From Bacteroidota bacterium (lineage in GTDB: Bacteria > Bacteroidota > Bacteroidia > Flavobacteriales_D > Crocinitomicaceae): a DNA stretch of 64,000 nt. A program made the position numbers and the translations under genes. This document shows, one piece after another, positions 9,496 to 20,100 of the stretch; position 1 is the first letter of the stretch; each line of letters begins with the position of its first letter. The stretch spans positions 986 through 64,985 of the forward strand of contig JBEBBE010000024.1 of NCBI GenBank assembly GCA_041158525.1, in the 5' to 3' direction. The notes under the pieces were generated by a model. It made no database searches and was not told the origin of the DNA. It saw only the letters and a list, made by a program, of their open reading frames with translations.

Positions 9496-10203
9496 TTAAA
9501 TTTTCGTGTAAGTTGCTACACAAGTGCCACTACCACCAATGATTGGTGTGGTGTTGTCATAGGTGTATGTGATCGTAATTGTATTGGCTTGGTCATTTAT
9601 AGTACCAACACCAGAGAAAGTCACTTGACCAAAAGTAAAGTCAATAGTTTGTGTCGGGATGTTGATAGCGCTACCGTTTACAGTTGCTGTTGCTGTTCCG
9701 CCGACAATATTAAACATGTTGTCAATGAGTAGATCGTTGGTTCCGGCTGTGCCTGTAGCAAATACAGGTGCAGTTGCAAGCGGGAAAGATGTTCCGCAAT
9801 CGCTACTTACTTCCCAATTGACTAACCAGTTATTCATGCCAATCACAACGTTTACAGTGCGTGTTGCTGTTGAAGTACCGTTATCGTTGGTTGCCGTATA
9901 AGTAAGCGTGTAAGTTCCTTTGGTATTTGCGTCTACCTGACCCGTTGTAGTTACAGTGGCAGCTGTGCCATCAGTATTTGTTGCAGTAGCGCCAGCATCA
10001 TTGTAAGCGTCTCCAACATTAATTGTTTCAGGATTATTGCCATTGACAACAAGTGTTGGGGCAAACTTACAAGAGCCATCGTCTTTTTTGGCTTCAGTGC
10101 TATAGTTAACGGCACTTGGGTCTGTACAGCCTTTTTTCTTGCAGCTAGATGCAGTTCCGAGTAAAAGTGCTGAAATCGCTAGTAATGAGAGTGTTTTGTT
10201 CAT
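9496..10203 (-). CDS. Lipoprotein with an Ig-like (DUF5011-type) domain
   Basis: Signal/lipobox MNKTLSLLAISALLLGTASSC, and a T/N/G-rich Ig-like segment (GTYTLTYTATNDNGTSTATRTVNV). An alternative upstream ATG at 10239 is possible. Confidence 0.7.
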   Translation of the reverse strand: MNKTLSLLAISALLLGTASSCKKKGCTDPSAVNYSTEAKKDDGSCKFAPTLVVNGNNPETINVGDAYNDAGATATNTDGTAATVTTTGQVDANTKGTYTLTYTATNDNGTSTATRTVNVVIGMNNWLVNWEVSSDCGTSFPLATAPVFATGTAGTNDLLIDNMFNIVGGTATATVNGSAINIPTQTIDFTFGQVTFSGVGTINDQANTITITYTYDNTTPIIGGSGTCVATYTKI

Positions 10204-10254
10204 TTTTTTAGTTTTAGTAGGTTCGAAGATATAAAACATTTAAACAGCTTGCAA

Positions 10255-10262
10255 CAAACGTA
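10255..10262 (-). promoter_or_regulatory. Candidate -7 box (TACGTTTG) upstream of the lipoprotein gene
   Basis: TAnnTTTG on the minus strand, just downstream of the recA terminator. Confidence 0.35.
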
Positions 10263-10283
10263 TGCTGCTAGATTTTATTGCAT

Positions 10284-10312
10284 AAAAAAAGCGGCGCCCC
10301 AAGGAGCGCCGC
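10284..10312 (-). terminator. Rho-independent terminator downstream of recA
   Basis: The minus strand reads GCGGCGC-TCCTTGGG-GCGCCGC followed by T7, 22 nt after the recA stop. Confidence 0.85.
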
Positions 10313-10333
10313 CTTCCAACCAAACGATAGGCT

Positions 10334-11362
10334 TTAGTCTTGCAACACCTCTGCTTGACCATTTGGTGTTACAAGCGCATTTTTGATTTTTTCTTCTAGT
10401 TCTTCCATGAGTTCAGGATTGTCTAGAATGAGTGATTTAATAGCATCACGTCCTTGACCAAGTTTGGTCTCTCCGTAAGAGAACCAAGAGCCACTCTTTT
10501 TAAGAATGTTGAGGTCTACTCCTAAATCGATGATTTCACCGACTTTAGAAATACCTTCGCCATACATGATGTCGAATTCTGCCTTGCGGAAAGGAGGAGC
10601 AACTTTGTTCTTGACAACTTTTACTTTGACGCGGTTACCAATGATGTCTTCACCTTCTTTCAATTGTGTAGCTCTTCTGATGTCGATGCGGATAGAAGAG
10701 TAGAATTTGAGGGCGTTACCACCGGTAGTTGTTTCTGGATTGCCAAACATGACCCCAATTTTGTCGCGCAACTGGTTGATGAAAATACAGCAGCAACCAG
10801 CTTTATTTATAGAACCAGTGAGTTTACGAAGTGCTTTTGACATCAGGCGTGCTTGAAGCCCCATTTGAGAGTCTCCCATTTCGCCTTCAATTTCTGCTTT
10901 TGGCGTGAGGGCCGCAACGGAGTCAATGACGATGAGGTCAATAGCGCCTGAACGGATGAGGTTATCGGCAATTTCAAGTGCTTGCTCACCGTTGTCTGGC
11001 TGAGAAATAAGTAGGTTAGCGACATCTACACCCAATTTTTGGGCATAAAATTGATCGAAGGCGTGTTCGGCATCGATGAAAGCAGCAATACCACCTTGTT
11101 TTTGAACTTCAGCAATAGCGTGAATGGCCAATGTAGTTTTACCAGAAGATTCTGGGCCGTAGATTTCAACTACGCGACCCTTTGGGTAGCCGTTGATGCC
11201 AAGGGCAAGATCAAGGGTGAGTGAACCTGTAGGGATGACATCTACTTTTTCTACAGGAGCATCTCCTAATTTCATAACGGCTCCTTTGCCGAATGTTTTG
11301 TCAAGCTTCTCCATGGTCAATTGGAGTGCTTTGAGTTTTTCGAGGTTTTGTTCTTTAGACAT
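10334..11362 (-). CDS. recA: Recombinase RecA
   Basis: Unmistakable RecA sequence: [11 protein letters not shown], Walker [56 protein letters not shown]. Confidence 0.98.
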   Translation of the reverse strand: MSKEQNLEKLKALQLTMEKLDKTFGKGAVMKLGDAPVEKVDVIPTGSLTLDLALGINGYPKGRVVEIYGPESSGKTTLAIHAIAEVQKQGGIAAFIDAEHAFDQFYAQKLGVDVANLLISQPDNGEQALEIADNLIRSGAIDLIVIDSVAALTPKAEIEGEMGDSQMGLQARLMSKALRKLTGSINKAGCCCIFINQLRDKIGVMFGNPETTTGGNALKFYSSIRIDIRRATQLKEGEDIIGNRVKVKVVKNKVAPPFRKAEFDIMYGEGISKVGEIIDLGVDLNILKKSGSWFSYGETKLGQGRDAIKSLILDNPELMEELEEKIKNALVTPNGQAEVLQD

Positions 11363-11453
11363 ATCGTTTGTTGTTTTGAGCGAGGCTCGGTGAATAATTT
11401 TTACAAAGTTGCAAGAGGAAGAGCGTAAACGATTTACGATCTATAAAAAATAA

Positions 11454-11912
11454 TTAATAACAAGAGAGCACTTCGTTGGCGTGATCTTTTGTATTGGGTT
11501 TTTCTAGGACTTTAATTAAGGTGTGTGTTTCATCAAAAATGAAAGTCATGCGATGAATGCCGTCATAGACTCTGCCCATGAATTTTTTGGTGCCCCATAC
11601 GCCAAATGCCTGGATGATTGTTTTGTCGGTGTCTGAGATCAAAGGGAAGTTAAGCTCATATTTATTGACAAACTTGGTGTGTGACGCAACGCTGTCTGCG
11701 CTAATGCCAATGACATGAACACCAGCAGCTACGAGTGCTTCTTGGCCGTCGCGGATGCTACAAGCCTGAGCCGTACAACCAGGGGTGTCGTCTTTTGGGT
11801 AGAAATAAATGACTAAACGCTTTCCGGCGTAGTCAGTGCTATTGATGGAATTGCCGTTTTGGTCAAGCCCAGTAAAGGATGGAAGCTTGCTTCCTGGAGT
11901 GAGTGTATTCAT
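11454..11912 (-). CDS. bcp: Thiol peroxidase/peroxiredoxin, Bcp type
   Basis: 152 aa with the motif YFYPKDDTPGCTAQAC, typical of BCP/PrxQ peroxiredoxins. Confidence 0.9.
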   Translation of the reverse strand: MNTLTPGSKLPSFTGLDQNGNSINSTDYAGKRLVIYFYPKDDTPGCTAQACSIRDGQEALVAAGVHVIGISADSVASHTKFVNKYELNFPLISDTDKTIIQAFGVWGTKKFMGRVYDGIHRMTFIFDETHTLIKVLEKPNTKDHANEVLSCY

Positions 11913-11952
11913 AATGCTTAAAAAATAATCTGTTTAACGATGAAAAACTAAT

Positions 11953-11960
11953 CAAATGTA
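11953..11960 (-). promoter_or_regulatory. Candidate -7 box (TACATTTG) with an upstream TTTG, for bcp
   Basis: TAnnTTTG on the minus strand, 40 nt before the bcp ATG, with a TTTG 18 nt further upstream. Confidence 0.4.
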
Positions 11961-12011
11961 AAAACTATTCATCAATAACAAAACATGATTGACAAAAAAG
12001 TTTAATCCTTG

Positions 12012-12392
12012 TCAGTATTTTAACAGACGAAAAATGAAGACGCACCATGAAATGATGCTGACAGCACCGCCGATTGGCGTAATTGGCCCCAGTATTCCGA
12101 CCGCCATACCCGCGTGTTTGAGTGCCACAATGCCGTAAATAGAGCCGCTAAATAAAAGCATACCGATCAGCATGGTTCTAAGCAAACCCTTCATTTGGAA
12201 ACTAAAGCGATCTGCATTTAAGGCTAATATTAAAATACCCATCGAAAGTGATCCTTGATAACGCACCCCAACATCAAAAGTATGTTGTAAATCTTGAGTT
12301 AAAATATCCTTCAGTGCATGCGCGCCAAAGGCCCCCAAAACAATTGAAAGCATCAAAAAAATACTGGCCAGAACGGTACTTTGTTTTTCCAT
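12012..12392 (-). CDS. Small integral membrane protein (DUF423/YgdD-like)
   Basis: 126 aa with four predicted TM helices. Its size and the GAFGAH motif are consistent with DUF423. Confidence 0.7.
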   Translation of the reverse strand: MEKQSTVLASIFLMLSIVLGAFGAHALKDILTQDLQHTFDVGVRYQGSLSMGILILALNADRFSFQMKGLLRTMLIGMLLFSGSIYGIVALKHAGMAVGILGPITPIGGAVSIISWCVFIFRLLKY

Positions 12393-12427
12393 TCCACGAA
12401 GTTGTGAAAAAAAGTAAAATCAAGCTG

Positions 12428-12435
12428 TATCTTTG
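12428..12435 (+). promoter_or_regulatory. Candidate -7 box (TATCTTTG) only 5 nt upstream of a start codon (predicted leaderless mRNA)
   Basis: TAnnTTTG followed by CAAAG and then the ATG at 12441. Confidence 0.4.
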
Positions 12436-12440
12436 CAAAG

Positions 12441-12974
12441 ATGTTTGGAAAATCTTTGCTCTTGCTTTTTGCCCTTGTGCTGTTTGCGTGTCAACAAGAC
12501 CAGCAAGACAACTTTGATTATGTTCAATATGAAGCCTTCGACTTAAGTCGTTATGATTTGCCAGCAAGCATCATGCTGCCCGATGCTTCGGCCGGAATAG
12601 GAACTTCTTTGAAACCAAAAGTAAGTTATGAAATAGGAGGGTTTAAGTGGCGCATCGATGTCGGGCGCAATTATACCATGCTCATTGAAGATTACGGAGA
12701 CAACGCCTTGCGTTTTGAAGAGTTCAAAAGAAAATTATTCAAACCCAATCGCTATTTTGATATCAAGGTCGTAGAACAACAACCCAATTTATTGATTTAT
12801 AAAAGAGTGGTGAAGGGTGCTTATGTCGCACAGCCAAATGAAAAGTATCATATATATAGTGTCTGTAAAATTGACGAAAACTACTATGAGATCATGAATC
12901 GTGAACAAGGCGACTCCAAAAGGGTTGTAGATTTTATGTTTCATAGTATTCAATCCATTCAAGCAAAAAAATAA
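12441..12974 (+). CDS. Hypothetical lipoprotein
   Basis: Signal/lipobox MFGKSLLLLFALVLFAC. I recognised no family. Confidence 0.6.
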   Translation: MFGKSLLLLFALVLFACQQDQQDNFDYVQYEAFDLSRYDLPASIMLPDASAGIGTSLKPKVSYEIGGFKWRIDVGRNYTMLIEDYGDNALRFEEFKRKLFKPNRYFDIKVVEQQPNLLIYKRVVKGAYVAQPNEKYHIYSVCKIDENYYEIMNREQGDSKRVVDFMFHSIQSIQAKK

Positions 12975-12976
12975 AC

Positions 12977-14050
12977 ATGACCAGAGAAGCCGTACTCGAG
13001 GTATTAGGAAAAATTACAGAGCCAGATCTCAAGAATGATTTGGTGAGCCTCAATTTGATTGAAAACCTGCAGGTCGAAGGCCAAAACGTCTCATTAGAGG
13101 TGCGCATCTCAAACCCTGCTTTGCACGCTCGCAAGCGCATGCAAGAAGCCATTGAGTTTAACTTGAAGCGCGTTTTTGGGCAAGACATTCAAATTCAGTG
13201 TAAAATACAAGGCCTCGATGCAGAAAGCCGCAGCGCCAGAAGAAAAATCCTTCCGGACGTCAAGAAAATCATCGCTGTAGCTTCCGGAAAAGGTGGCGTT
13301 GGAAAATCTACCATCACAGCCAATTTAGCTGGTGGTTTGGCTAAAAAAGGTTATAAAGTTGGCATTGTTGATGCTGATGTTCATGGCCCATCTATGCCCA
13401 CCATGTTTGACCTTGTGGGTGATCGCCCGAAAATGATAGATGTCAATGGGCAATCGCTCATTAGCCCGATTGAATCTAACGGAATTGGCATTTTGTCAAT
13501 TGGTTTTTTCACCAATCAAGATGATGCCGTTGTTTGGAGAGGCCCTATGGCTGCCAAAGCGCTGACACAACTTTTCACCGATGCACACTGGGGAGAACTC
13601 GATTTCTTGCTCGTCGATTTACCACCGGGCACCAGCGACATCCATTTGTCCTTGATGCAAACGGTTCCGCTCGACGGCGTAGTGATCGTCAGTACGCCAC
13701 AAGAAGTAGCACTTGCCGATGCCAGACGCGGTATTCAAATGTTTCGCCTAGATTCATTTAAAGTGCCGATTCTCGGAATTGTAGAAAACATGGCCTATTT
13801 TACACCTGCCGAATTACCAGACAACAAGTACTATATTTTCGGTAGAGATGGTGCCAAGAATTTAGCAGAAGGGATGCGCGTTCCGTTTTTAGGAAGTATT
13901 CCGCTTGTTCAGGGTGTTTGTGAAGCCGGAGATGCAGGCAGACCAGCTGTTTTTCAGCAAAATACACCTACAACACAGGCTTTTGATGAATTAGTTCATA
14001 ACTTTGAGATCGAATTACAGCGCCTAGACGCTGCAACGCCAAAAGCTTAA
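12977..14050 (+). CDS. mrp: Mrp/NBP35 (ApbC) family Fe-S cluster carrier ATPase
   Basis: N-terminal DUF59-like domain, deviant Walker A SGKGGVGKST, and the conserved ENMAYF segment. Confidence 0.9.
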   Translation: MTREAVLEVLGKITEPDLKNDLVSLNLIENLQVEGQNVSLEVRISNPALHARKRMQEAIEFNLKRVFGQDIQIQCKIQGLDAESRSARRKILPDVKKIIAVASGKGGVGKSTITANLAGGLAKKGYKVGIVDADVHGPSMPTMFDLVGDRPKMIDVNGQSLISPIESNGIGILSIGFFTNQDDAVVWRGPMAAKALTQLFTDAHWGELDFLLVDLPPGTSDIHLSLMQTVPLDGVVIVSTPQEVALADARRGIQMFRLDSFKVPILGIVENMAYFTPAELPDNKYYIFGRDGAKNLAEGMRVPFLGSIPLVQGVCEAGDAGRPAVFQQNTPTTQAFDELVHNFEIELQRLDAATPKA

Positions 14051-14054
14051 TTTG

Positions 14055-14291
14055 ATGGAGAAAGCACAATTACGCGCAAAAGTGCTCGATGCACTAGATC
14101 AACTCAGACCTTTTATGCACGCCGATGGCGGCGATATGGAATTGGTTGATATCACCGATGACGCCATCGTTCAAGTGCGTTTATTGGGTTCTTGCAGTGA
14201 CTGCTCGATGTCGCAAATGACCATCAAAGGCGGCCTAGAGGAAGCGCTCAAACTTGCGGCTCCTGAACTCAAAGGTGTCGAAGCGGTATAA
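14055..14291 (+). CDS. NifU-like Fe-S cluster domain protein
   Basis: About 78 aa with MHADGGDMELV and a GSCSDCSMS CxxC motif. An in-frame TTG at 14052 is also possible. Confidence 0.85.
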   Translation: MEKAQLRAKVLDALDQLRPFMHADGGDMELVDITDDAIVQVRLLGSCSDCSMSQMTIKGGLEEALKLAAPELKGVEAV

Positions 14292-14293
14292 GC

Positions 14294-14767
14294 ATGAAGG
14301 TCAAGTTTGTGGTCATTGGCAAAACAGCTTTCGACGATTTAAAAGTCGGCGAACAGCGTTACCAAAGCAGACTCATTCATTACTGCCAATTTGAAAGACT
14401 CGAACTTCCCGACGTCAAAAATCCAAAAGCATTAAGTAAGGCCCAAATCAAAGAAAAGGAAGGGCAACTCTTACTTGAAAAATTACAGCCACAAGATTTT
14501 GTGGTGCTCCTCGATGAAAATGGACAGCACTTTAGTTCTGAAGAATTGGCCTCCTGGATAGATAAAAAACAACTCCAACACGCAGGCCCTTTTGTTTTCA
14601 TTATTGGCGGCGCCTACGGTTTCAGCGCAGCGGTTTACCAACGCGCCGATTACAAATTATCCCTTTCCAAAATGACCTTTTCGCACCAGATGGTAAGAAT
14701 GATTTTTCTCGAGCAGCTCTATCGGGCCTACAGTATATTAAAAGGAGAACCGTATCATCATGCTTGA
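14294..14767 (+). CDS. rlmH: 23S rRNA (pseudouridine1915-N3)-methyltransferase RlmH
   Basis: 157 aa SPOUT protein with IGGAYGFS and SKMTFSHQMVR motifs. Confidence 0.9.
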   Translation: MKVKFVVIGKTAFDDLKVGEQRYQSRLIHYCQFERLELPDVKNPKALSKAQIKEKEGQLLLEKLQPQDFVVLLDENGQHFSSEELASWIDKKQLQHAGPFVFIIGGAYGFSAAVYQRADYKLSLSKMTFSHQMVRMIFLEQLYRAYSILKGEPYHHA

Positions 14768-15836
14768 TCAATTGCGTTTGCACCGCCTGATTTTCAAAAA
14801 ACCAGCAGGCACCAGTCGCGGAGTACTGCAGAGCAAACCCTCCTGGATTTTTACACACACGACAACTAGTGGCCGCCAAATCGAGACAGAATTCCCGATC
14901 ATACCGGGTTTGTCACCAGAATTTCAAGATGAAACGCAATACCAAAGTCAACTAGAAAGTTTTCTATCTGAAGCCTTGACTTCCCTTGAGTTATGGACAA
15001 CGCCCGCTTTCATGTCTTCAGCATCTTGGTTGCAATTTGTTGCCAAGTGGGCTGCATATCCGTCGTTTATTTTCGGCTTAGAAATTTTAATCTTCAGCAT
15101 TCAGACAGAGAAATACCCCCTTCTTTTTGATACTCCTTTTACAAGAAAGGAGCAGTCCATTCCGATCAATGGCTTGGTTTGGATGGACACACAAATGAAT
15201 ATGCGCGAGCAAATTCAGCAAAAAATTGCGCAAGGTTTCAAGGTTGTCAAGCTTAAAATTGGCGCGATTGCTTGGGAGGAAGAATTGGCACTCATCCAAG
15301 AACTCCGCCAACATTTTTCAGAGCAGCAAATCACCGTTAGGGTAGATGCCAACGGCGCCTTTTCCACACATAAGGCCATAGAAATTCTAAAAGAATTAGA
15401 AGCTTTAAAAGTGCATAGTATTGAGCAGCCCATTCAAGCTGGGCAGGCTCAAGAAATGGCTCGTTTGTGTCGGGAAAACATCGTGTCTATTGCCCTTGAT
15501 GAGGAATTAATAGGTGTCAATACGTATCAAGAACGGGTGGCCTTGCTCTCCGAAATTAAGCCACAATACATCATTTTAAAACCAAGTTTACACGGTGGTT
15601 TTACGGGCACCAAAGAATGGATTGCCATTGCAGAACGTTTGGGAATTGACTGGTGGCTCACTAGCGCCTTGGAAAGTTCAATCGGGCTCAATGCTATTGT
15701 GCAATTTGGCGCTTGTTATCCGTTAACCCTTGCGCAGGGCTTTGGTACAGGAGCTTTGTACACCAATAATTTTGCAGCAAATTTAAAGATAGATCAAGGT
15801 CAAATGTACTGGCTTAACGACCCACACAAGGGCTGA
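14760..15836 (+). CDS. menC: o-Succinylbenzoate synthase (enolase superfamily)
   Basis: FKKPAGTSRG N-terminal pattern, and the metal/base motifs VKLKIG, RVDANGAF, IEQP, ALDEE. It overlaps rlmH by 8 nt. Confidence 0.8.
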   Translation: MLDQLRLHRLIFKKPAGTSRGVLQSKPSWIFTHTTTSGRQIETEFPIIPGLSPEFQDETQYQSQLESFLSEALTSLELWTTPAFMSSASWLQFVAKWAAYPSFIFGLEILIFSIQTEKYPLLFDTPFTRKEQSIPINGLVWMDTQMNMREQIQQKIAQGFKVVKLKIGAIAWEEELALIQELRQHFSEQQITVRVDANGAFSTHKAIEILKELEALKVHSIEQPIQAGQAQEMARLCRENIVSIALDEELIGVNTYQERVALLSEIKPQYIILKPSLHGGFTGTKEWIAIAERLGIDWWLTSALESSIGLNAIVQFGACYPLTLAQGFGTGALYTNNFAANLKIDQGQMYWLNDPHKG

Positions 15837-16770
15837 TTTCAGTACAATTTTGATAAACCATGTCGTGCAAAATCAATTGGGCAGCTAAGGCCAACTGAGA
15901 ATAGTTTTGCGAATTATTTCCAAAACCGGCAGCTGAATTTTGCCACATGGCTTTAATGAGTTCTTGCGAACCTTCGGTTGGTTGAATTTTATTGACAACT
16001 GCGGCTACATTCATCGCTCCTGCGTGGTAAACATGCAGTACAAAAAGGCGAAACCACATGTCCGACTCATTGTAGGTTATTTGATGTGCAGCTAAAATTT
16101 TCTTGGCCTCAGGAATGCAAATTTTGCGAATCAATTGTGCAGCGCCATATGCCGAGCGCTCAAAATCTTTTCTTTCGTCCGTTTCACTATTTACTATTAA
16201 ACCTTGAGACCTCGCTACACTAGGCATCAATTGAAATGCACCATAAGCACCGGTAGAGGACTTGCGCATTTGGGCTGGGCTTTCAATTAACAAAATGGCT
16301 TGTGCATACCATGGGTCAACGCCGTAACGTTCAAATGCGGCAACTCCTTTTGATAAACTAGGATACACTTCATTAAACTTATAGAAGTCATTTTTGCCAG
16401 TTGTGACATAGATTCTTTCTGTAGATGGCAAACCATAGGCAATTCTTAAGGCTTGGCGTGTGCTATCTTTTTGCGCTTCAGTTTGGCGGTTCCAGTCGCG
16501 ATTCGACATTTTTGCTAAAACTTGACGCGTAGCTGCTACATTGACCAAACAAGAGTCTGGGGCAAGTAACATGATTTTTTTCCAGAACTGAGCCTGCGGA
16601 AGCTGATCCCAACGGTCTTCAAAAAGGGCTTCGGCATGCATAATTGTGTGTACGCCGTGTGCCTGATGCACATTGATTTTGTCGGCCTCCCAAGTGCTGA
16701 GGGGCTGAGCTATTATTTGTTGTAATTGGAAGGTTAAAATAAGGCCGGAGAGCAGCGTACTGATTTTCAT
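15814..16770 (-). CDS. Lytic transglycosylase (SLT domain) protein, secreted
   Basis: Signal peptide, and an SLT catalytic region LLIESP...GAYGAFQLMPSVAR...AAQLIR. Confidence 0.8.
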   Translation of the reverse strand: MKISTLLSGLILTFQLQQIIAQPLSTWEADKINVHQAHGVHTIMHAEALFEDRWDQLPQAQFWKKIMLLAPDSCLVNVAATRQVLAKMSNRDWNRQTEAQKDSTRQALRIAYGLPSTERIYVTTGKNDFYKFNEVYPSLSKGVAAFERYGVDPWYAQAILLIESPAQMRKSSTGAYGAFQLMPSVARSQGLIVNSETDERKDFERSAYGAAQLIRKICIPEAKKILAAHQITYNESDMWFRLFVLHVYHAGAMNVAAVVNKIQPTEGSQELIKAMWQNSAAGFGNNSQNYSQLALAAQLILHDMVYQNCTEISPCVGR

Positions 16771-16858
16771 GATTTAAAAATACAAATAACCCCAAGGTGA
16801 ATTTTTGTTACAAAAATTGTCTTTACACACCACAATGTTGAAATGCTTAATTTTACCC

Positions 16859-17164
16859 ATGCGCATTTTAAAAAAGTGGCTCGGATTTCCGCTCATCTTA
16901 TTGGTAAGAGTTTACCAACTTTTTATCTCGCCTTTATTTCCGGCAACTTGTCGCTACACACCCACGTGTTCGTCTTACATGATCGAAGCCATACAGGTTT
17001 GGGGGCCAATCAAAGGAACATTTCTAGGCTTGAAACGCATATCTAGCTGTCATCCGAGAGGTGGTTTTGGCTATGACCCAGTTCCTAAACGCGATTCGGC
17101 AGACTCAAACGCTGCTTCAGTACCCGATAACAATGCAAATACGTGTCAAAATCACGAGCATTAG
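16859..17164 (+). CDS. yidD: Membrane protein insertion efficiency factor YidD
   Basis: Core [31 protein letters not shown]...[14 protein letters not shown] chose the ATG at 16859. A ~26-aa tail runs 80 nt into the convergent helicase gene. Confidence 0.85.
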   Translation: MRILKKWLGFPLILLVRVYQLFISPLFPATCRYTPTCSSYMIEAIQVWGPIKGTFLGLKRISSCHPRGGFGYDPVPKRDSADSNAASVPDNNANTCQNHEH

Positions 17165-20100
17165 CCAAAATTTCATGTGGGTCATGACTTTTTGTTTGTA
17201 GCTGAGGGTCTTCTAGAAATAAAAACCAACGGTAAATCAAATCAACACTTTCGCTTCTTTTTGCCGGAAAATCAGCCGCCTTTACTGAGCAATAAAAGTG
17301 CAACGATTTTCTAGCACGGGTCAGCAGGACATTGAGTCTTTTGCCGCCTTGCGCTTGGTTCATAGGTCCAAAGCGCAGGTTGAACTCGTTATGCTCATTC
17401 TTCCCAAAACCAAAGCTAATGAGTAAATGATCGCATTCTTCGCCTTGAATTTGCTCGAGCGCCAAGAAAAACGCTTGCCGTTGATTGATTTTATCTTCTA
17501 AAATGGCCTGGTCTTTTTGAGAAAGTTGCGTATAAATACATTGCAATTGTTGTACAGAAAAGGCCACTACGCCAACTTTATCGTTTTGCTTCAACAGCTT
17601 ACTGAGGTCTTTGGCCAATGCTTGCGCTTCGTTGATGTTTTGTCGCTCAAGATATTGCCCATCAGCTACAAAGTGCTGAAAGATAGCGGTTTGATTATTG
17701 CTAGTAGATGGCCAAGTTTGCAGTTCATTTTTATAAAAATGCTGATTGGAGAAGGCAATGAGGCTAGGATGCTTACTTCTGTAATGATAACGCAATAACT
17801 GACCTGGCAAGTGAAAGGCCGCCTGATGCAAAAGATCGATGACACCATCGGCTTGTGCCGAGAAATAGGAACTTGGGCTCATTTGTTCAGGGTCTCCGGC
17901 AATGAGTGCCGTTTCTACACGCTGGAGGGCGCCAATTGCATGGCTCAAGGGCAACTGACTCGCTTCATCAAAGAGTCCGAAATCAAACAATGAGCGTTGC
18001 ATTGGTAAACTGCTAGCTACTAAAGCAGGGCTTAACAACCATACCGGATAAATGGCAAAAAGCCAGTCTGCAGCAGGCCCTTCAAGTAGTGTTTTAAGTG
18101 AGCTAAACTGCCGTGTTTTGGCCATTTCTTTCACGAGGATTGACTTGCCTTTACGCAGATTTTGTCGGGCTATTTTTTGTGCTTCGTTGAGCTTTCGAAT
18201 AGGAGCAGTTAGCAAATGCTCAAGTTCTTGAAATTTGTCAAGTTGACGCTGCTGCACCTTTTCTTGAAAAAGCTGTTGCGCGACTTGTTTTTGATCAAGT
18301 GTAGCCTCTATTTCACGCTTGAGAACTTGCTCATCCCATTGGTATAACAATGGATATTGGGTACGCAAATAGCTCCAAAATTCATCTTTGAGCGCCTCTG
18401 CTACTTCCTCATCTTGCCTGAGTGTCGACCAAAGTTCAAATGGAACTTGTTGCAGCTTATCTAAATTTGCTTGTAAGGTTTCAAATACCTTTGAAAGTTG
18501 AATTTGGAGTGCTGTAAATGGAAGTTCAGTCGTTTGAAATAACTCGCGGTTCAAACTCGCTAAACGATATATTTGGGTTTGTTTTGAAACGTATAACGAA
18601 CGTTCGGTTGAAGCTAATCCTTGATACCACGACAGCGCTTCCCAATTGATTTGCTTGAGCAATTGCAATAAAATGAGTAAATCTTGTTTGTTAAATTCAA
18701 GGCCCATTCCTTCAAGTTTGAGCTGGTATTGCTGCACTTGCACTTTCGATTGCCAATAAAGATTCAGGTCTTTTTCAAATTGACCCAGTTGAAGTTCAGG
18801 TAAACGCAACCACTGCTGTGCCAGTTTGCGCCACTGTCTTTTTTTGAAGAACCCGCTTTCCTCTGACCTTGCTTTTAAGAGCGGAAACTCTTCTTTGCTC
18901 GGAATTTGTAGCCATGCGCTGAGGTTTTCCTCTTGGAGTGCCAGCTTTTTTTCTTTTTGTAAATATTGTGTTAGTGTTTTTTCAAGACCCTGTTGCTGTG
19001 CCAAAATCTGTTTGGCATATTTTTGAAAAACTTGCGTTTGAAATTGCTGACAAATGAGACTTTTTTTAGCGAGCTCGTCTAAATCTCTCGTGGTTTCAAG
19101 CGCAAAGTCGTTTTTCAATGCTGCGCGTAAAAGCTGCCACTCTTCCCATGCTTTTTCTAACCAAAGGGCTTCTTTTTCGGACCAGACTTTACCGAGTTGC
19201 GGTAAAATTTCGAACAACGCCGTAGGAATTTGCTTTTGATAAGCGCGATGTGCTAACCATTGTTTCCAACGCGCATTTGACGCGTTACTGACGATACGTT
19301 TTGTGCCAAAAAGTTCCTGAAGTGCTTCAAAGCTTTGCTTGCTTTCTTTTTGGAGTTCATGGCGTTCTTGCCAATATTGGGCAGCTTTAGTTGTGGCATT
19401 TATTTGTAATGCCTTTGGCTTGGGATTGGCCTGCAGTAAAGCTTGAAAATCGGATTGCAGCTGCTGGTAAAAGCCCTTGAGTTCATTTTTATTGGGCGCC
19501 ACTAAACAATACTGACCCAAACCAACTTCTGTCAACCTGTGTTTGAGCACTTCTAGTGCGCCGCGTTTTTCACTTACAACAAGCGCCTTTTTTTGCTCAA
19601 AAATGAGTTGCGCGATATAATTACTCAGGACAGCAGACTTACCCGTTCCGGGAGGGCCATAAATGACACAAGAGGTGCTTGAGGCCAGTTCTAGTGCCTT
19701 TTTTTGATCGGGATCAAGAGGTGAAATACTGTCTTCAAATTGTTTCCCATTCGCTGTTATTTCTTGGTCGAAATCGCCAAGCACCTGAAGCAGGGCCGTT
19801 GAAAACTCATCTTGAGTTTTGAGTGCTTCCCATTCTCTTCTTAGTTCATAACGCTGAGGATGGAAATTTCCAATATAAGTTGCAGGAGTATAACTTTCAA
19901 AAACACCTTTCTGTATGAGGGTCTCGATCCACTCAACACTTGGATTGTCTGGCGCTTCTAGTTGCCATTCATTCTTCAGATAAAGTTTGACAAATGGATT
20001 GAGTTCGGGCTGTTCTGCAAATTCTATGTTTTTTTGCTCGGCCTGAAAACTAAGTGCTTCGTGGAAAAAAACAGGTGTTTGTAATTTTTTTTGACCTTTT

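Noticed and set aside
11424-11438. Perfect palindrome CGTAAA-CGA-TTTACG, 62-76 nt upstream of recA, as a possible SOS-type operator
   Set aside because: By chance, 6-3-6 palindromes are expected roughly 16 times at any fixed spacer in 64 kb. I found no second copy and no LexA-like gene. It lacks a U-run, so it is not a terminator either.
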